A DNA stretch of 64,000 nt from Polyangiaceae bacterium (GCA_965222375.1 CBDCTZ010000016.1:288001-352000); one strand, 5' to 3'. Counted from the first letter of the stretch, positions 38,889 to 48,573 are shown. Notes: a model not told the origin generated them from the sequence alone. A program made the numbers and translations.

Positions 38889-39779
38889 ATGCAATACGTT
38901 CGAAATCCGCGCATATACAGCTCGAGTTCCCGGGTGCCATCTGGCAACACCGGTGAACCGCTTCTCCGAGAGGGGTTTGTGAAGGATGGCTTCGTCCTGT
39001 TTCCACAGCTTCTCGACCGAGACCTTGTGGTTCGGCTGCAGCACGTCGCCGACGAGTTGCTCTCGGCCATATCGGATGAGCATCGAGAGGAGTTTCGCTA
39101 TCAGGGGACCATGCTTCCTGTTCCTCACTGGAGAGATGCACTCGTTGACCTCATCGGAGGCAGTGCAATACGCCATGTGGCTGCCACGTTGAGATTTGCT
39201 GACCTACGTTGGGTTTCTGGGTACCTCATCAGCAAGCCACCCAAGAGCCCTTCGCTCTGGTGGCACCAGGACTGGTGGGCATGGGAAGAACCTGTGAGCG
39301 CGTCACCCGTCGCACCCTACGTATTCGTCGCGGTTTACCTTTGCGACACGACGTTCCGCAACGGTTGTCTGCGCGTCATCCCTGGTTCGCACCGCAAGAG
39401 ACACAAGCTGCACGCTCTCCCCCCCGCACACAGTTCCTCGATCAAAGACTGTGCTCGTGCGCACACCAGCGATCCATCGGAGCGGAGCGTCGCCGCGTAC
39501 GCCGGAGACATCGTTGTCGCCGACGCGCGACTACTTCATGCAACTCACGCCAACACCTCCGACAGCGCGCGCACCTGCCTGATCCTCTGGTATGCACCTG
39601 ACTACAATGCATTGCCGCGTGTTCTGCGCAACAAGATGGCTGTGCAACATTCGGCACATGCTGGACTGAACGGCGCACACGAACTCGACCTGCGCCTGAG
39701 CGAACTTCGCCCGTCTGACGTCGACCCCAGGCAAACGGTGCTCCCCTACGACCCCGTGCCCGGACGCTACCTCAGCTAG
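38889..39779 (+). CDS. phytanoyl-CoA dioxygenase (PhyH) family Fe/2OG enzyme
   Basis: WHQD, NGCLRVIPGSH, GD…LLHATHAN…R; start uncertain. Confidence 0.9.
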   Translation: MQYVRNPRIYSSSSRVPSGNTGEPLLREGFVKDGFVLFPQLLDRDLVVRLQHVADELLSAISDEHREEFRYQGTMLPVPHWRDALVDLIGGSAIRHVAATLRFADLRWVSGYLISKPPKSPSLWWHQDWWAWEEPVSASPVAPYVFVAVYLCDTTFRNGCLRVIPGSHRKRHKLHALPPAHSSSIKDCARAHTSDPSERSVAAYAGDIVVADARLLHATHANTSDSARTCLILWYAPDYNALPRVLRNKMAVQHSAHAGLNGAHELDLRLSELRPSDVDPRQTVLPYDPVPGRYLS

Positions 39780-39989
39780 CGCCCGAGCGGCGGCCACGAC
39801 AGCGGAGGTCTGGGATGGCGCGGCCCGGCTCGCCAGCGAGCTGGACGTTGAGCTGAAGGCCAGGGTGGGCGTCGTGGACCGGGCATACCGTTGCGGTCAG
39901 CGCGCGCCTGTATCGGTGTGTTTCGGGACTACACGAATGCCGTGAGGGCGCGGGTTGGGGTCGCCGCCTATGGCGGCGCCGGGGCACTG

Positions 39990-40592
39990 CTACCGCGAGA
40001 GCCCACGCGTCGCGCCAACCTCAGGGCGGCGTTGTTGCTGCATGCACCCTGCCTTTTCGGAGACGCGAAGGCGCGCGCGCAAGTAGTGGTCAACAACGGG
40101 TTGCGGGTGCCGGTGCGCGCTGATGGTGTAGCAAGGGTCGACACGGGCGGCCTGTTCGAACTCCTGCTCGGCGCTAGCGCGCAGGTTCATGGCCAAAAGC
40201 GCCTCCGCGAGCCATATGTGAAGCTCCGCTCGTGGAATTCTCTTGGACCTTTCCGGTTGTCGCGGCGTTGCACCGTCGAGCAGTCTGCGAAAATAGCGGC
40301 GGGAAGCCACGTAGTTCCCACGGACGTGGTCGTTCATCGCCCGAGCGAAAGCGTCGCTATCCACACTGAGCAGCGGGGGTGGCTCAGGACAACCACATGC
40401 CGTCGTAGGTGTCGGTCGCGTCGTTTCCGCCGGCTGACCTGGGTTCGGCGCCGTCGGGGGGTCGACGGGGAGGGCTGAGGGTGTGGCCGCAGGTGGTCCC
40501 GCCGTACAGGCCATGAGCATCACCGCCACGAGCGCGCAGTCGAGCTGGCAGGCGTTGTGGTTTCGTCGTCGCACTCCCACGCATGGTCGCAC
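39990..40592 (-). CDS. hypothetical lipoprotein-like protein with TPR-like helices
   Basis: VMLMAC lipobox-like, Pro linker, AEQEFEQAARVDP; start uncertain. Confidence 0.5.
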   Translation of the reverse strand: MRPCVGVRRRNHNACQLDCALVAVMLMACTAGPPAATPSALPVDPPTAPNPGQPAETTRPTPTTACGCPEPPPLLSVDSDAFARAMNDHVRGNYVASRRYFRRLLDGATPRQPERSKRIPRAELHIWLAEALLAMNLRASAEQEFEQAARVDPCYTISAHRHPQPVVDHYLRARLRVSEKAGCMQQQRRPEVGATRGLSR

Positions 40593-40683
40593 GGTTCAGC
40601 CAGGTGTTGGAAACTGTGAGGGCAGCAAGCCCGCGCCAGATCGAAACTAGCGAAACCAGCCGGCAACTGTGCCCGCCACGTTC

Positions 40684-41126
40684 TGGAACAAGACTTCATC
40701 GACGAGTCGGCTCCTGAGCGTTGGGCCGTCATCAACGCCGTCTGGCGCTACGAGTCCCTCGCACTCTTACTTTGGGCGCTTGGGCGCCTCTCTGAACCTA
40801 CCACTTCCCAAAGGCGTGTGTGACGTTTCAGCCCTCGCCCGGGACCCGCGCTCGTTCTGGAAGCGGAGCTCACAAGGCGTCCACGTCCGAAGGTGGCGCG
40901 TCGTTGTCGACGATAGGGGGCGATGACGGAACGACCCGCCGCCGAGATCCTCGACGCGCTGGACTTGCACTTCCGCCTGCACTGGGCGGCGCGCCAAGCA
41001 AGCGTGGAGCAGAAGTCGCCACCCACGGATCTCGAGCCGGGAGTCGTTGTCGAACGGCGCCACGCCTTGAACTGGCTGGTTTGCTTTCAAGACGCCGATT
41101 GGGACGGCGTGGACACTCCGACGTGA
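40684..41126 (+). pseudogene. DUF4272-family remnant
   Basis: WRYESLALLLWALG / LPKGVCDV / EILDALDLHFRLHWA…GVVVERRHALNWL…WDGVDTPT spread over different frames. Confidence 0.75.
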
Positions 41127-41434
41127 AGTATTCGAGTGCATACGTCGGATTCAGCTCGCCGAACTGCAACAGAAGTTCGAGGCGCTGGCGAGCGAGCTGT
41201 GCGCGTGCAGCGACGAGGGATGCAGGAAACGAGTGTTCAAGCCGGTGCGCGCCGCGGACGCTCAGCGCAGTTTCAAAGATCTCACATACCACGGTGGTTT
41301 TTGCCGCACCAAAGACAAGATGGAAGTGTTTCGGCCAGGTCACCTTCGAGTGAAGGGCGTACCGCGACGCAGATTGCGGACGGAAACGAGGCGACGACGC
41401 GGCGAGTGCTCGAAACGCAATTGGGTGCTCGACG

Positions 41435-42073
41435 TCAGTTCGGGCCGTAGTCGGGCTCTGGGAAGTCGTCGAAGGAACTCTTTGCCCACATGTACATGCG
41501 GCGCTGAGTCTCTCGGGCGTCGCGCGCCATGTCCACCAGTTGCCTCAGGTGGCGCGCCCACACTTCTGGCCGCGTCTGCGGAATCATCCCGAAGAGGTCG
41601 TCATCGATGGCCGCCTCTTCCGCCTGGTAGTTTTCCGCCCAGTCGGTTCCCTTTTTGACGATGTCGTCGTCTTTGACTTTAGCCAGCGCGGTCACGAAGG
41701 CGTCCGACAGTTCGAAGATGGTGACCTCGTCGTGTACGGGGCCGATGACTTCTCTGCCTAGCGTCTCGTCCCCGGCGACCTCCGGGGACCAGCCGACCAA
41801 AACTTCCGCCAAGTTGATCAAGCTCGTTGGATCGGCGCCCTCGAGGCGGATGCGTTGGAGTCGGTCCAAATCCGGTTCCACCACAGCGTCCGGATCTGCC
41901 GTGGGCTGCTCGGGGTTGGAGCGGGAAAAGATGGTGACCTTCTCCTTTGAGTACGGATCCGTGACCTCGATCGCCCTGGGCTCGTCGAGCAGCGGCGGAG
42001 CACGCTTCCATCCCATGAGCACATCGCCAAACTCCGCATCAGATGCCAAAAAGAAGTCCGTGAGAACACTCAT
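41435..42073 (-). CDS. hypothetical acidic protein (DUF1877/YfbM-like features)
   Basis: MSVLTDFFLAS…LRQLVDMARDARETQRRMYMW; partial duplicate at 38220-38510. Confidence 0.7.
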   Translation of the reverse strand: MSVLTDFFLASDAEFGDVLMGWKRAPPLLDEPRAIEVTDPYSKEKVTIFSRSNPEQPTADPDAVVEPDLDRLQRIRLEGADPTSLINLAEVLVGWSPEVAGDETLGREVIGPVHDEVTIFELSDAFVTALAKVKDDDIVKKGTDWAENYQAEEAAIDDDLFGMIPQTRPEVWARHLRQLVDMARDARETQRRMYMWAKSSFDDFPEPDYGPN

Positions 42074-42256
42074 GGGGCCTCAAAGTCCTCGTATCTCATG
42101 GTCGGAATCCCGCACTCCTTCGCGTCTTGCGCGCTGTTCGGCCACCGCCGCCTCCCGAGTAAGTGGTCCCCGCAAGCGGCCGGCGTCAAGACCGTTGCTA
42201 GGAACCAAGCTCCGCGCACCGGTTCGACGAGGCGTTTGAGCCGTTGGGGCCAGCGC

Positions 42257-42634
42257 TCACCAATCGTCGACGCCGAGGAACTCGGCGGCAACCCGGTCCG
42301 AGGTGCGCTCGTGCTTGCTCAGCCAGGCCGTCAGCGTCTCCGCGAGGGCGCTGAGCAGCTCTTTCTGAAACGACTTGCACTGAGCTCGCAGCGCGCGAAC
42401 TCGCATCAAGAACGCCGCGTGCTCCTTCTTATGCCCCTCTGCCGCGGGGAAGTCACCCACTCGCATGAGCTCTTCTTCACGCTGGAAGTGCCTCTCCAGC
42501 TCCGCGATCACGCCGTCCATGGCGATGGCTAGCTGCTGCCAGCTCGCGCCAGCCTCGAGATCACGCTGGAACTGGGAAATGCCTTCGGATAGCTTGGCGT
42601 GCTGTGCGGCCAAGCCATCGGGTACGGTACTCAT
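42257..42634 (-). CDS. single-domain bacteriohemerythrin
   Basis: QH…HFQREEELM…HKKEH…WLSKH…D iron ligands. Confidence 0.9.
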   Translation of the reverse strand: MSTVPDGLAAQHAKLSEGISQFQRDLEAGASWQQLAIAMDGVIAELERHFQREEELMRVGDFPAAEGHKKEHAAFLMRVRALRAQCKSFQKELLSALAETLTAWLSKHERTSDRVAAEFLGVDDW

Positions 42635-42804
42635 TATGGAACGCGGCCTGTCCACGAACCGACGAGCCTGACTCAACTGTTGGGCGCGCGTCAACAATGC
42701 CTTCGTTGGCACGGTCTCGTAGCCCCTGCCGCGCCTCGACGCGCTGCAGCGGACGCACACTCTTCTCAGGTCAGCTAGCTGCGCATCAGCTCCGGCGGCC
42801 CTTG

Positions 42805-42842
42805 GCGGGAGTAGTGGCCCAGAATGGCCCAGGGATGCGACC
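42805..42842 (+). repeat. dispersed 38-bp bipartite intergenic motif, copy 3
   Basis: GCGGGAGTAGTGGCCCA-GAATGG-CCCAGGGATGCGACC. Confidence 0.8.
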
Positions 42843-42898
42843 CCAACCCAAACGACTCCACTGGCCTGGAAGGTGACCGTGCCAGGTATGATTCGCTG

Positions 42899-43462
42899 AT
42901 GTGGTGGTTGCCGTGTCGGATTGGGTCGCCGGTTCCGCAGGATCCGACGGAACTGGTCGACGCCGAGATTGTCGATGCGCACGGCAAGGCTTGGCGGTTT
43001 CGGGATAAGCTGGCCGTCTTTCGTGAAGGGCGCAAAGGTCGCGGGGCGGGCGACGACGGTATTCGCTGCGTGCTCACTCGCTTGGGTCGCGTAGACGGGC
43101 GGGTCGCCTATTGGGTGTCGACGGCCAGCCCCGACGATGTGGCGTCCCTCGATGGCGACGAAACCGATTTCGTCGTTTTCGAAGTGCGGTATTCGTCGCA
43201 CCCCCAAGACCACGAGGCAAAGCTGGCGACGATCCCTCGGGCGACTGGCATGATCGATATCGACGTGCTGCAACACACCATCGCCCTCGCCCTGGGCGTG
43301 CTGCCACCAGACGCCCAATTCAACGATGCGAAGCCCTTCTACTGGTCCGTCGGCGACGACGTCGGCGACTTCACGCTCCAGATTGTGACGCGCCTTGTAT
43401 GTCGCGGGGAACTGATCGAAGACCCCGACGATCCGACGCTGCTGAGCTGGTCGCGTCGCTGA
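42899..43462 (+). CDS. hypothetical protein
   Basis: open frame with protein-like composition; TATGAT 6 nt before ATG. Confidence 0.6.
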   Translation: MWWLPCRIGSPVPQDPTELVDAEIVDAHGKAWRFRDKLAVFREGRKGRGAGDDGIRCVLTRLGRVDGRVAYWVSTASPDDVASLDGDETDFVVFEVRYSSHPQDHEAKLATIPRATGMIDIDVLQHTIALALGVLPPDAQFNDAKPFYWSVGDDVGDFTLQIVTRLVCRGELIEDPDDPTLLSWSRR

Positions 43463-43761
43463 GGGGTCTCGGCGCGTGGTTTCAGTCGGGCTTCCCGCGG
43501 ACAGCGCGAATCACCCAAGCGAGCTGCCACGGGTGCGCAGACCCCGGGTGTAGGGTACTGCCTCTAGGGGAAAGTCGGATTTTCGGGCCTTGTCGGCGGG
43601 CAGATAGGCCAGCCGATTCTCGGGAAGCTGCGCATCCGCAGCCCTGCAGCCCGACGTTGAGAGCGGGTCTTGCGTGCGAATCGCCTTGTTGGTGCCAGTC
43701 CCACGGGCGAATCCCTTCGAGAGTGGTACACCCATTGCTAGGTGTATCCGCTATGGTGGCG

Positions 43762-45060
43762 ATGAAACATCGATACTGTTTGAGCCTGGTCCTGGCGATT
43801 GGCTGTGCAAGTTGCAGTTCCGAGCGAGCAGACGACCTAGGCAACGGCAGTGCTGGCGGTGGAGGGAGCGCAGGCGCAGCGGGGACAGTAGGCGTTGGCG
43901 GCGGCGGTACCGCGGGTGCTGGCGGCGGTGCTGGAAGCGGGGCCAGCAGCGGGGCGGGTGGTGACGCCGGCGCGTCCGGAAGTGGTGGTAGCGCCGGGAG
44001 TGGCGGGAGCGGAGGCAGCCCACCCGGCGGCGGGAAGCTGACGTGGTCCGGTGATTTCGACAACCACGACTTCTCCAACTTCCACAGCTCCACCGACCCC
44101 AAGAAGATCTTCTTCTGGCTGGTTTCGGACTACGGCCGCCCGCCGCAATACGGCGGCCAGGTCAACGGGCACAGCGGCAATGGGGACCTGCTGGACTTGG
44201 TGTCGTCTCCAACGCGGGGAGGTAAGTATGCCGCGCGCTTCACGGTGAAGAACTCCGCAAACGGCTCCGAGCCGGCGGACTGCGACCCGGCTCTCGATTG
44301 CAAGACGCGCCGCACAGGGCTCCAGATGACGACGACCCTCCTCAAGTATTACAACGCCATGCCCTACGGCGCGGAGCGCTGGCTCTCCTTCAGCATTTAC
44401 CTGCCCACGGACTTCGACCCGTCGGGGTCGGGCTTTGGACCCTCTATTTGGGGAAGTAAGGGATCCCTGCAGCAGTGGCCGGGTTGGGCGGGGCTCTTCA
44501 TACGACCGGAGGGTTGGGTCTTCGCGCATCGCTACTTCTCCAAGGCCATGCACGATGTCGGCGTCAACCCCAACCAGGAATGGTGGCTGACCACAGAGTA
44601 CAGCGCCACCTATCCCAGCTCGAGTTCGTGGGCGCAGGGTTTAGTGGACTATCCCAATGCGGCCGCATCAAAGGCGGCCCTCGGCAACTTGAACAAGGGG
44701 GGCTGGACGGACTTCGTGCTTCACTTCCGCACCGACGTGGATGACTTCAAAAACAACACGGGATTTCTGGATGTTTACATGCGCGCTGGCTCCCAGCCCT
44801 GGGTCCACGTGCTCGACATCGATCCCTTGAAGGGCGTTGCGAAGGAGTCTTCCTGGGTCACCTCCAAGCCCGAACGAGTCTACGACCGGGGCATCGGTCA
44901 GTACGGCCCCGGAGGCTACACCACACAGATCGGTCTCTACATGGCCAAGGGACGCGTCTGGAATGACAAGCATGACATGACGATGTACGTCGACAACTAC
45001 AAGATCGGCGACGAGAACATGCTCTTTACCCAGATGTCCCATGACGGTTCGTCTCCCTGA
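43762..45060 (+). CDS. lipoprotein, polysaccharide lyase (heparin lyase I-like jelly-roll), paralog A
   Basis: Cys lipobox, Gly linker, ARFTV…RT.LQ, ERWLSFSIYLP, GGWTDFV, MYVDNYKIG. Confidence 0.75.
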   Translation: MKHRYCLSLVLAIGCASCSSERADDLGNGSAGGGGSAGAAGTVGVGGGGTAGAGGGAGSGASSGAGGDAGASGSGGSAGSGGSGGSPPGGGKLTWSGDFDNHDFSNFHSSTDPKKIFFWLVSDYGRPPQYGGQVNGHSGNGDLLDLVSSPTRGGKYAARFTVKNSANGSEPADCDPALDCKTRRTGLQMTTTLLKYYNAMPYGAERWLSFSIYLPTDFDPSGSGFGPSIWGSKGSLQQWPGWAGLFIRPEGWVFAHRYFSKAMHDVGVNPNQEWWLTTEYSATYPSSSSWAQGLVDYPNAAASKAALGNLNKGGWTDFVLHFRTDVDDFKNNTGFLDVYMRAGSQPWVHVLDIDPLKGVAKESSWVTSKPERVYDRGIGQYGPGGYTTQIGLYMAKGRVWNDKHDMTMYVDNYKIGDENMLFTQMSHDGSSP

Positions 45061-45138
45061 AGTCGAGCCAACTTCGCGGAAATATCGCGGGATGGAAGTA
45101 CGCCGTCGCGGCGCCGCTGATTGCGAAGGGTCGCACCA

Positions 45139-46446
45139 ATGAAAACAACGAGAGAGTGGCTTTTCATCTTGGTTGCGCTTGGAGCATGCAGCGTGAGCTG
45201 CGGTTCCGAGTCGGCGAGCGATCCACGCCCGGGAGGTGGAGGCAGGTCGGGTAGCGGCGGTATCGCTGGAAGTGCGGGTGCCACCTCAGGAGGTACGAGC
45301 GGATCTGGTGCAAGCAGTAGCGGTGGCAGCAGCACGGGGGGTGGTGGCGCCGGTGGTGCGAGCGGCGGCCCGACAGGAGGTTCCGGGGGTGGGGCCGGCA
45401 CAGGACCGAACATCGTCTGGGAGGCGCACTACGAGAACCCGATCTACCCCTACCTGGATTGGCACAGCAAGACCGAGACCCATCCGCAGTTCGCGCAGAT
45501 CCCCGCGTACGGGCGGCCGGTTGAACCCAACCCCAACAACACTAGTGCCCAGTCCAGCTACTTCGGTGACGGCAGCTTGTCGGAGATCGTCACCAGTCCG
45601 GTCCGCTGCGGGAAGCACGCCCACAAGCTCACCGTCAAGAACTCTGCGAACGGTAGCGAACCCGCCGATTGCGACAACGGGCTGTGTACGCGAAGAAGAA
45701 CGGAGCTGCAGCACCATCTCGTGCTCTTTCCGAACGACGGTCATATGGCTTATCTCCAGGAGTACTGGATGGCCGTCAGCGTTTACGTGCCCGCCGATTG
45801 GGATTCGGGGGGCACGGGTTGGGGACCGCTCCTCTTTCAGATCAAGTCACCCAAGACGAACGCCATCAGCCCCACGTTCGGCATCGCCCTCACCAACGGG
45901 GCTTGGCGCGTTGGCCACATCTGGTCCCACGTGGACAACCCCAACAGTTCCGGTGTGATTCCCTGGCAGTACCAGATGTATTATCACGGCGACGACCCGG
46001 GCACTGGTGGCGGCCCTTATCCCAACTCGAGCACGTGGTCGGATGGGTTGGCTCACTTTCCCAACGTTGCCGCGTCCCATGCAGCGCTCGCGAACCCCAA
46101 CAAGGGTGGCTGGACGGATTGGGTCATCAACGTGAAGTGGGACGGGCGCGGTTCCGACCAGGGCGGGACCGGCTTCTTGAAGGTGTGGAAGCGCGTAGGC
46201 TCGGGTTCTTGGGTGCACGTGCTAAATATCCTCCCCGGGAAAACAACCCGCGGTGGGATGACGTTCGATCATGGCATTGGCTACAAGGTGCCGGGTAGCG
46301 GCTTCGGGCCCGGTGCAGGCATGTACATGCAAAAGTCGCAGGTTTGGGGCTTGCCCAAAAGCCGCGTCGTCTACAACGACTGCATCAGGATCGGCAGCGC
46401 CAAGGCGACCTTCGCAGAGATGTCCCCGGACGGATCGACGCCGTGA
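45139..46446 (+). CDS. lipoprotein, polysaccharide lyase (heparin lyase I-like jelly-roll), paralog B
   Basis: shares TVKNSANGSEPADCD, NKGGWTD and MSxDGSxP with paralog A. Confidence 0.75.
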   Translation: MKTTREWLFILVALGACSVSCGSESASDPRPGGGGRSGSGGIAGSAGATSGGTSGSGASSSGGSSTGGGGAGGASGGPTGGSGGGAGTGPNIVWEAHYENPIYPYLDWHSKTETHPQFAQIPAYGRPVEPNPNNTSAQSSYFGDGSLSEIVTSPVRCGKHAHKLTVKNSANGSEPADCDNGLCTRRRTELQHHLVLFPNDGHMAYLQEYWMAVSVYVPADWDSGGTGWGPLLFQIKSPKTNAISPTFGIALTNGAWRVGHIWSHVDNPNSSGVIPWQYQMYYHGDDPGTGGGPYPNSSTWSDGLAHFPNVAASHAALANPNKGGWTDWVINVKWDGRGSDQGGTGFLKVWKRVGSGSWVHVLNILPGKTTRGGMTFDHGIGYKVPGSGFGPGAGMYMQKSQVWGLPKSRVVYNDCIRIGSAKATFAEMSPDGSTP

Positions 46447-46471
46447 GTCGCCTCGCAGGCGCACCAGCGCC

Positions 46472-47158
46472 TCAGGGCTTCTTGGATTGGCAGGATTGGA
46501 CGTCGCCGGTGACGCAGGCGCGGCGGCGGGCGGCGGAGGCTTCGCCGTGGTGGCCTTGCGCTGCGGCGAACTCGGCGAAGACGGAGCAAGAGAACGAGCC
46601 CAGATCGCGACAACTGTCCGTCGCCAACGTCATGGCCGCAGCTTTGTCTTGGGCCACGCCTTGGCCTCGGTGCAGGGCAAGGGCTTGCATTCCGCAGGCG
46701 AAGGGCTCGCCCGCGGCGCAAGTGCGCTCGAAGATCTGATACGCACAGTCGTGATCGCTCTTATCGCCGCTGAGTCGCGCCAATCCGGCGGCGTAGTTGG
46801 TGCACGCATTGTGGTTTTGCATACGGCATGCCCGCGCGAAGGCGGCGTCCCGGCCCGGATCTTTTGCAGCCTCGAGGGCGTAGGCCACCTCCACGCATGC
46901 CGCGGAGTCATTGGCTTTGCACAGCCGCACGCACTCGGCGCTCGATGCTTTGCGACAGGGCGAGCGCTCCGAATTCAGATCGTAGGTTTTCAGTCGAAGC
47001 TCTTCCGCAAGACACTTGGGGCCGTCGGGCTCCTTGTCGGGAGCGGCCGTCGCTGTGGGGCCCGCATGCCCCCGAGCATCGCTGGGCTCGCGAGCCTGCT
47101 TGCCCCCGCACGAAGTTGGGAGCACCAGCGCGAAGAGAAGTGTGAGGGTTCGAGTCAT
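46472..47158 (-). CDS. Sel1/Hcp-like Cys-rich repeat lipoprotein
   Basis: PTSC lipobox; AC…AC repeats, GQGVAQD. Confidence 0.75.
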   Translation of the reverse strand: MTRTLTLLFALVLPTSCGGKQAREPSDARGHAGPTATAAPDKEPDGPKCLAEELRLKTYDLNSERSPCRKASSAECVRLCKANDSAACVEVAYALEAAKDPGRDAAFARACRMQNHNACTNYAAGLARLSGDKSDHDCAYQIFERTCAAGEPFACGMQALALHRGQGVAQDKAAAMTLATDSCRDLGSFSCSVFAEFAAAQGHHGEASAARRRACVTGDVQSCQSKKP

Positions 47159-47486
47159 GGCGTCCGCGGTGGTCGACTCTAGACCACTCGCGGCGAGTTC
47201 GAAGCCTTTCGTCTGCGGCCGCTAGACGACCGGGAAATCTGTCGGCCGTGAAAGGCGAACTGCGGCGCCTGCCCTGCGCACCCAGCGCCCCGCGGGGTGC
47301 TGGGCGGACTCGGGCGCCTGCCCGGCGCGCCGCGGGGCCCAGGGAGATGTGATGGGGTGGCTCGTGACCTGGTAGGTAGCCGCCGAGGCGTCTTTCGGAT
47401 GCGGAGGGCTGCCATGGTGGCCGTTCTGCATACGGTGTTCGCTTGGGCGCCGGACGCGCGAGCGATGGCTTTGCGCGAGGCGACAG

Positions 47487-47574
47487 TGGCTGTCTCCTCA
47501 TTAACGAGGTCACCGGAAACCGGGCCTCAATCAACAGACGCGCTCAAAGGCGCAGTGATTAGAGGAGACAGCCA
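47487..47574 (+). promoter_or_regulatory. 13-bp inverted repeat able to sequester the transposase RBS and start
   Basis: TGGCTGTCTCCTC (47487-47499) is the reverse complement of GAGGAGACAGCCA (47562-47574). Confidence 0.7.
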
Positions 47575-48102
47575 TGGAGCATATTGGAGTCGATCTGGGT
47601 GGAAAACAATCGCAGGTGTGTGTGCGGGCCGCGGACGAAGGAATTCTGCTGGAGAAGAGGATCGCGACCAGCAGTTTGATGTGCTTCTTTCAGCACCAGC
47701 CCAAGAGCCGAATTGTACTGGAAACGTGTTCGGAAGCATTCCGAGTCGCCGACTGGGCTCTGGAATGTGGACACGAGGTGCGTGTGGTCCCAGCAACGTT
47801 GGTGCGCAGTTTGGGGGTCGGGGCTCGAGGCATCAAGACCGACCGGCGCGATGCGCAGGTCCTCAGCGAAGTCTCGTGCCGTATCGACTTGCCATCGGTG
47901 CACATCCCGGCGGAGCAGGCTCGCGACAGACGCACGATGTGCGCAATGCGCGAGCAACTGCTTGGTGCACGCACGGCATTGGCAAATGCAGTGCAAGGCT
48001 GGAGGCGTACGCAACTGTTGAAAATGTGCTCCGGCGAGCCCACGACCTTGCCCACACGCCTCCGCGCTGCAGCCCTCGCTCATCCCGATGGATTGCCGCA
48101 GC
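47574..48102 (+). pseudogene. IS110 recombinase N-terminal RuvC-like part (interrupted)
   Basis: IGVDL, LETC, KTDRRDA (DEDD); joins in frame to 50151..50650 to give 342 aa. Confidence 0.93.
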
Positions 48103-48158
48103 GTAACCGTTCAGGGGTTGGGTTGAGGGCCCGGCTCGGGACGTGAGATTCGTGGCGC

Positions 48159-48572
48159 ATGGCGAAGACGACGAGTAACAGCGAGGGATTGTCGGAGCGG
48201 ATCGAGCAGCTGGTTCGGGAGCACATCGCGGAAAGCCGGCGGAGCGCGCAGGAGGCGGTCGAGCGAGGCTTCGCGGTGGCGGAGACGCGGGCTGCCAGGG
48301 CGCGGAAGTCATCGACAGGGTCGAGAGGTCGCACGGGACGTCGCCGTCCACCCGAGGAAGTTACGGCGATTGGGCAGCGGCTCTACGCGGCCATCTGTGC
48401 GAGCCCCGGCAAGGGCATGGCGGCGCTGGCAGAGGAAGTCGGCATTTCGGTGCGCGAGCTGCACCGACCGATGACGCGTTTGAGGAGTGCGGGGCAGATC
48501 CGGAGCGTCGGTTCCAAGCATCTGACGCGGTACTTCCCGATGGCGGTGGACGCCGCGGCCGATACTGAGTGA
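48159..48572 (+). CDS. small winged-helix DNA-binding protein carried inside the IS66
   Basis: N-terminal helix, basic linker, PGKGMAALAEEVGISVRELHRPMTRL…IRSVG…TRYFP. Confidence 0.75.
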   Translation: MAKTTSNSEGLSERIEQLVREHIAESRRSAQEAVERGFAVAETRAARARKSSTGSRGRTGRRRPPEEVTAIGQRLYAAICASPGKGMAALAEEVGISVRELHRPMTRLRSAGQIRSVGSKHLTRYFPMAVDAAADTE

Positions 48573-48573
48573 C

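Noticed and set aside
42635..43761. N-terminal extensions of the 353-aa hemerythrin ORF and 649-aa lyase ORF
   Set aside because: They overlap another gene and intergenic DNA; recognisable domains or signals begin at 42634 and 43762.
38170..47340. integron cassette array
   Set aside because: Genes are in mixed orientation, there is no integrase, and no convincing RYYYAAC…GTTRRRY attC sites were seen by eye.
48103..48146. IS110 ORF ending …RNRSGVGLRARLGT as a short complete transposase
   Set aside because: The tail is read-through into the IS66 TIR; the true C-terminus is at 50151-50650.
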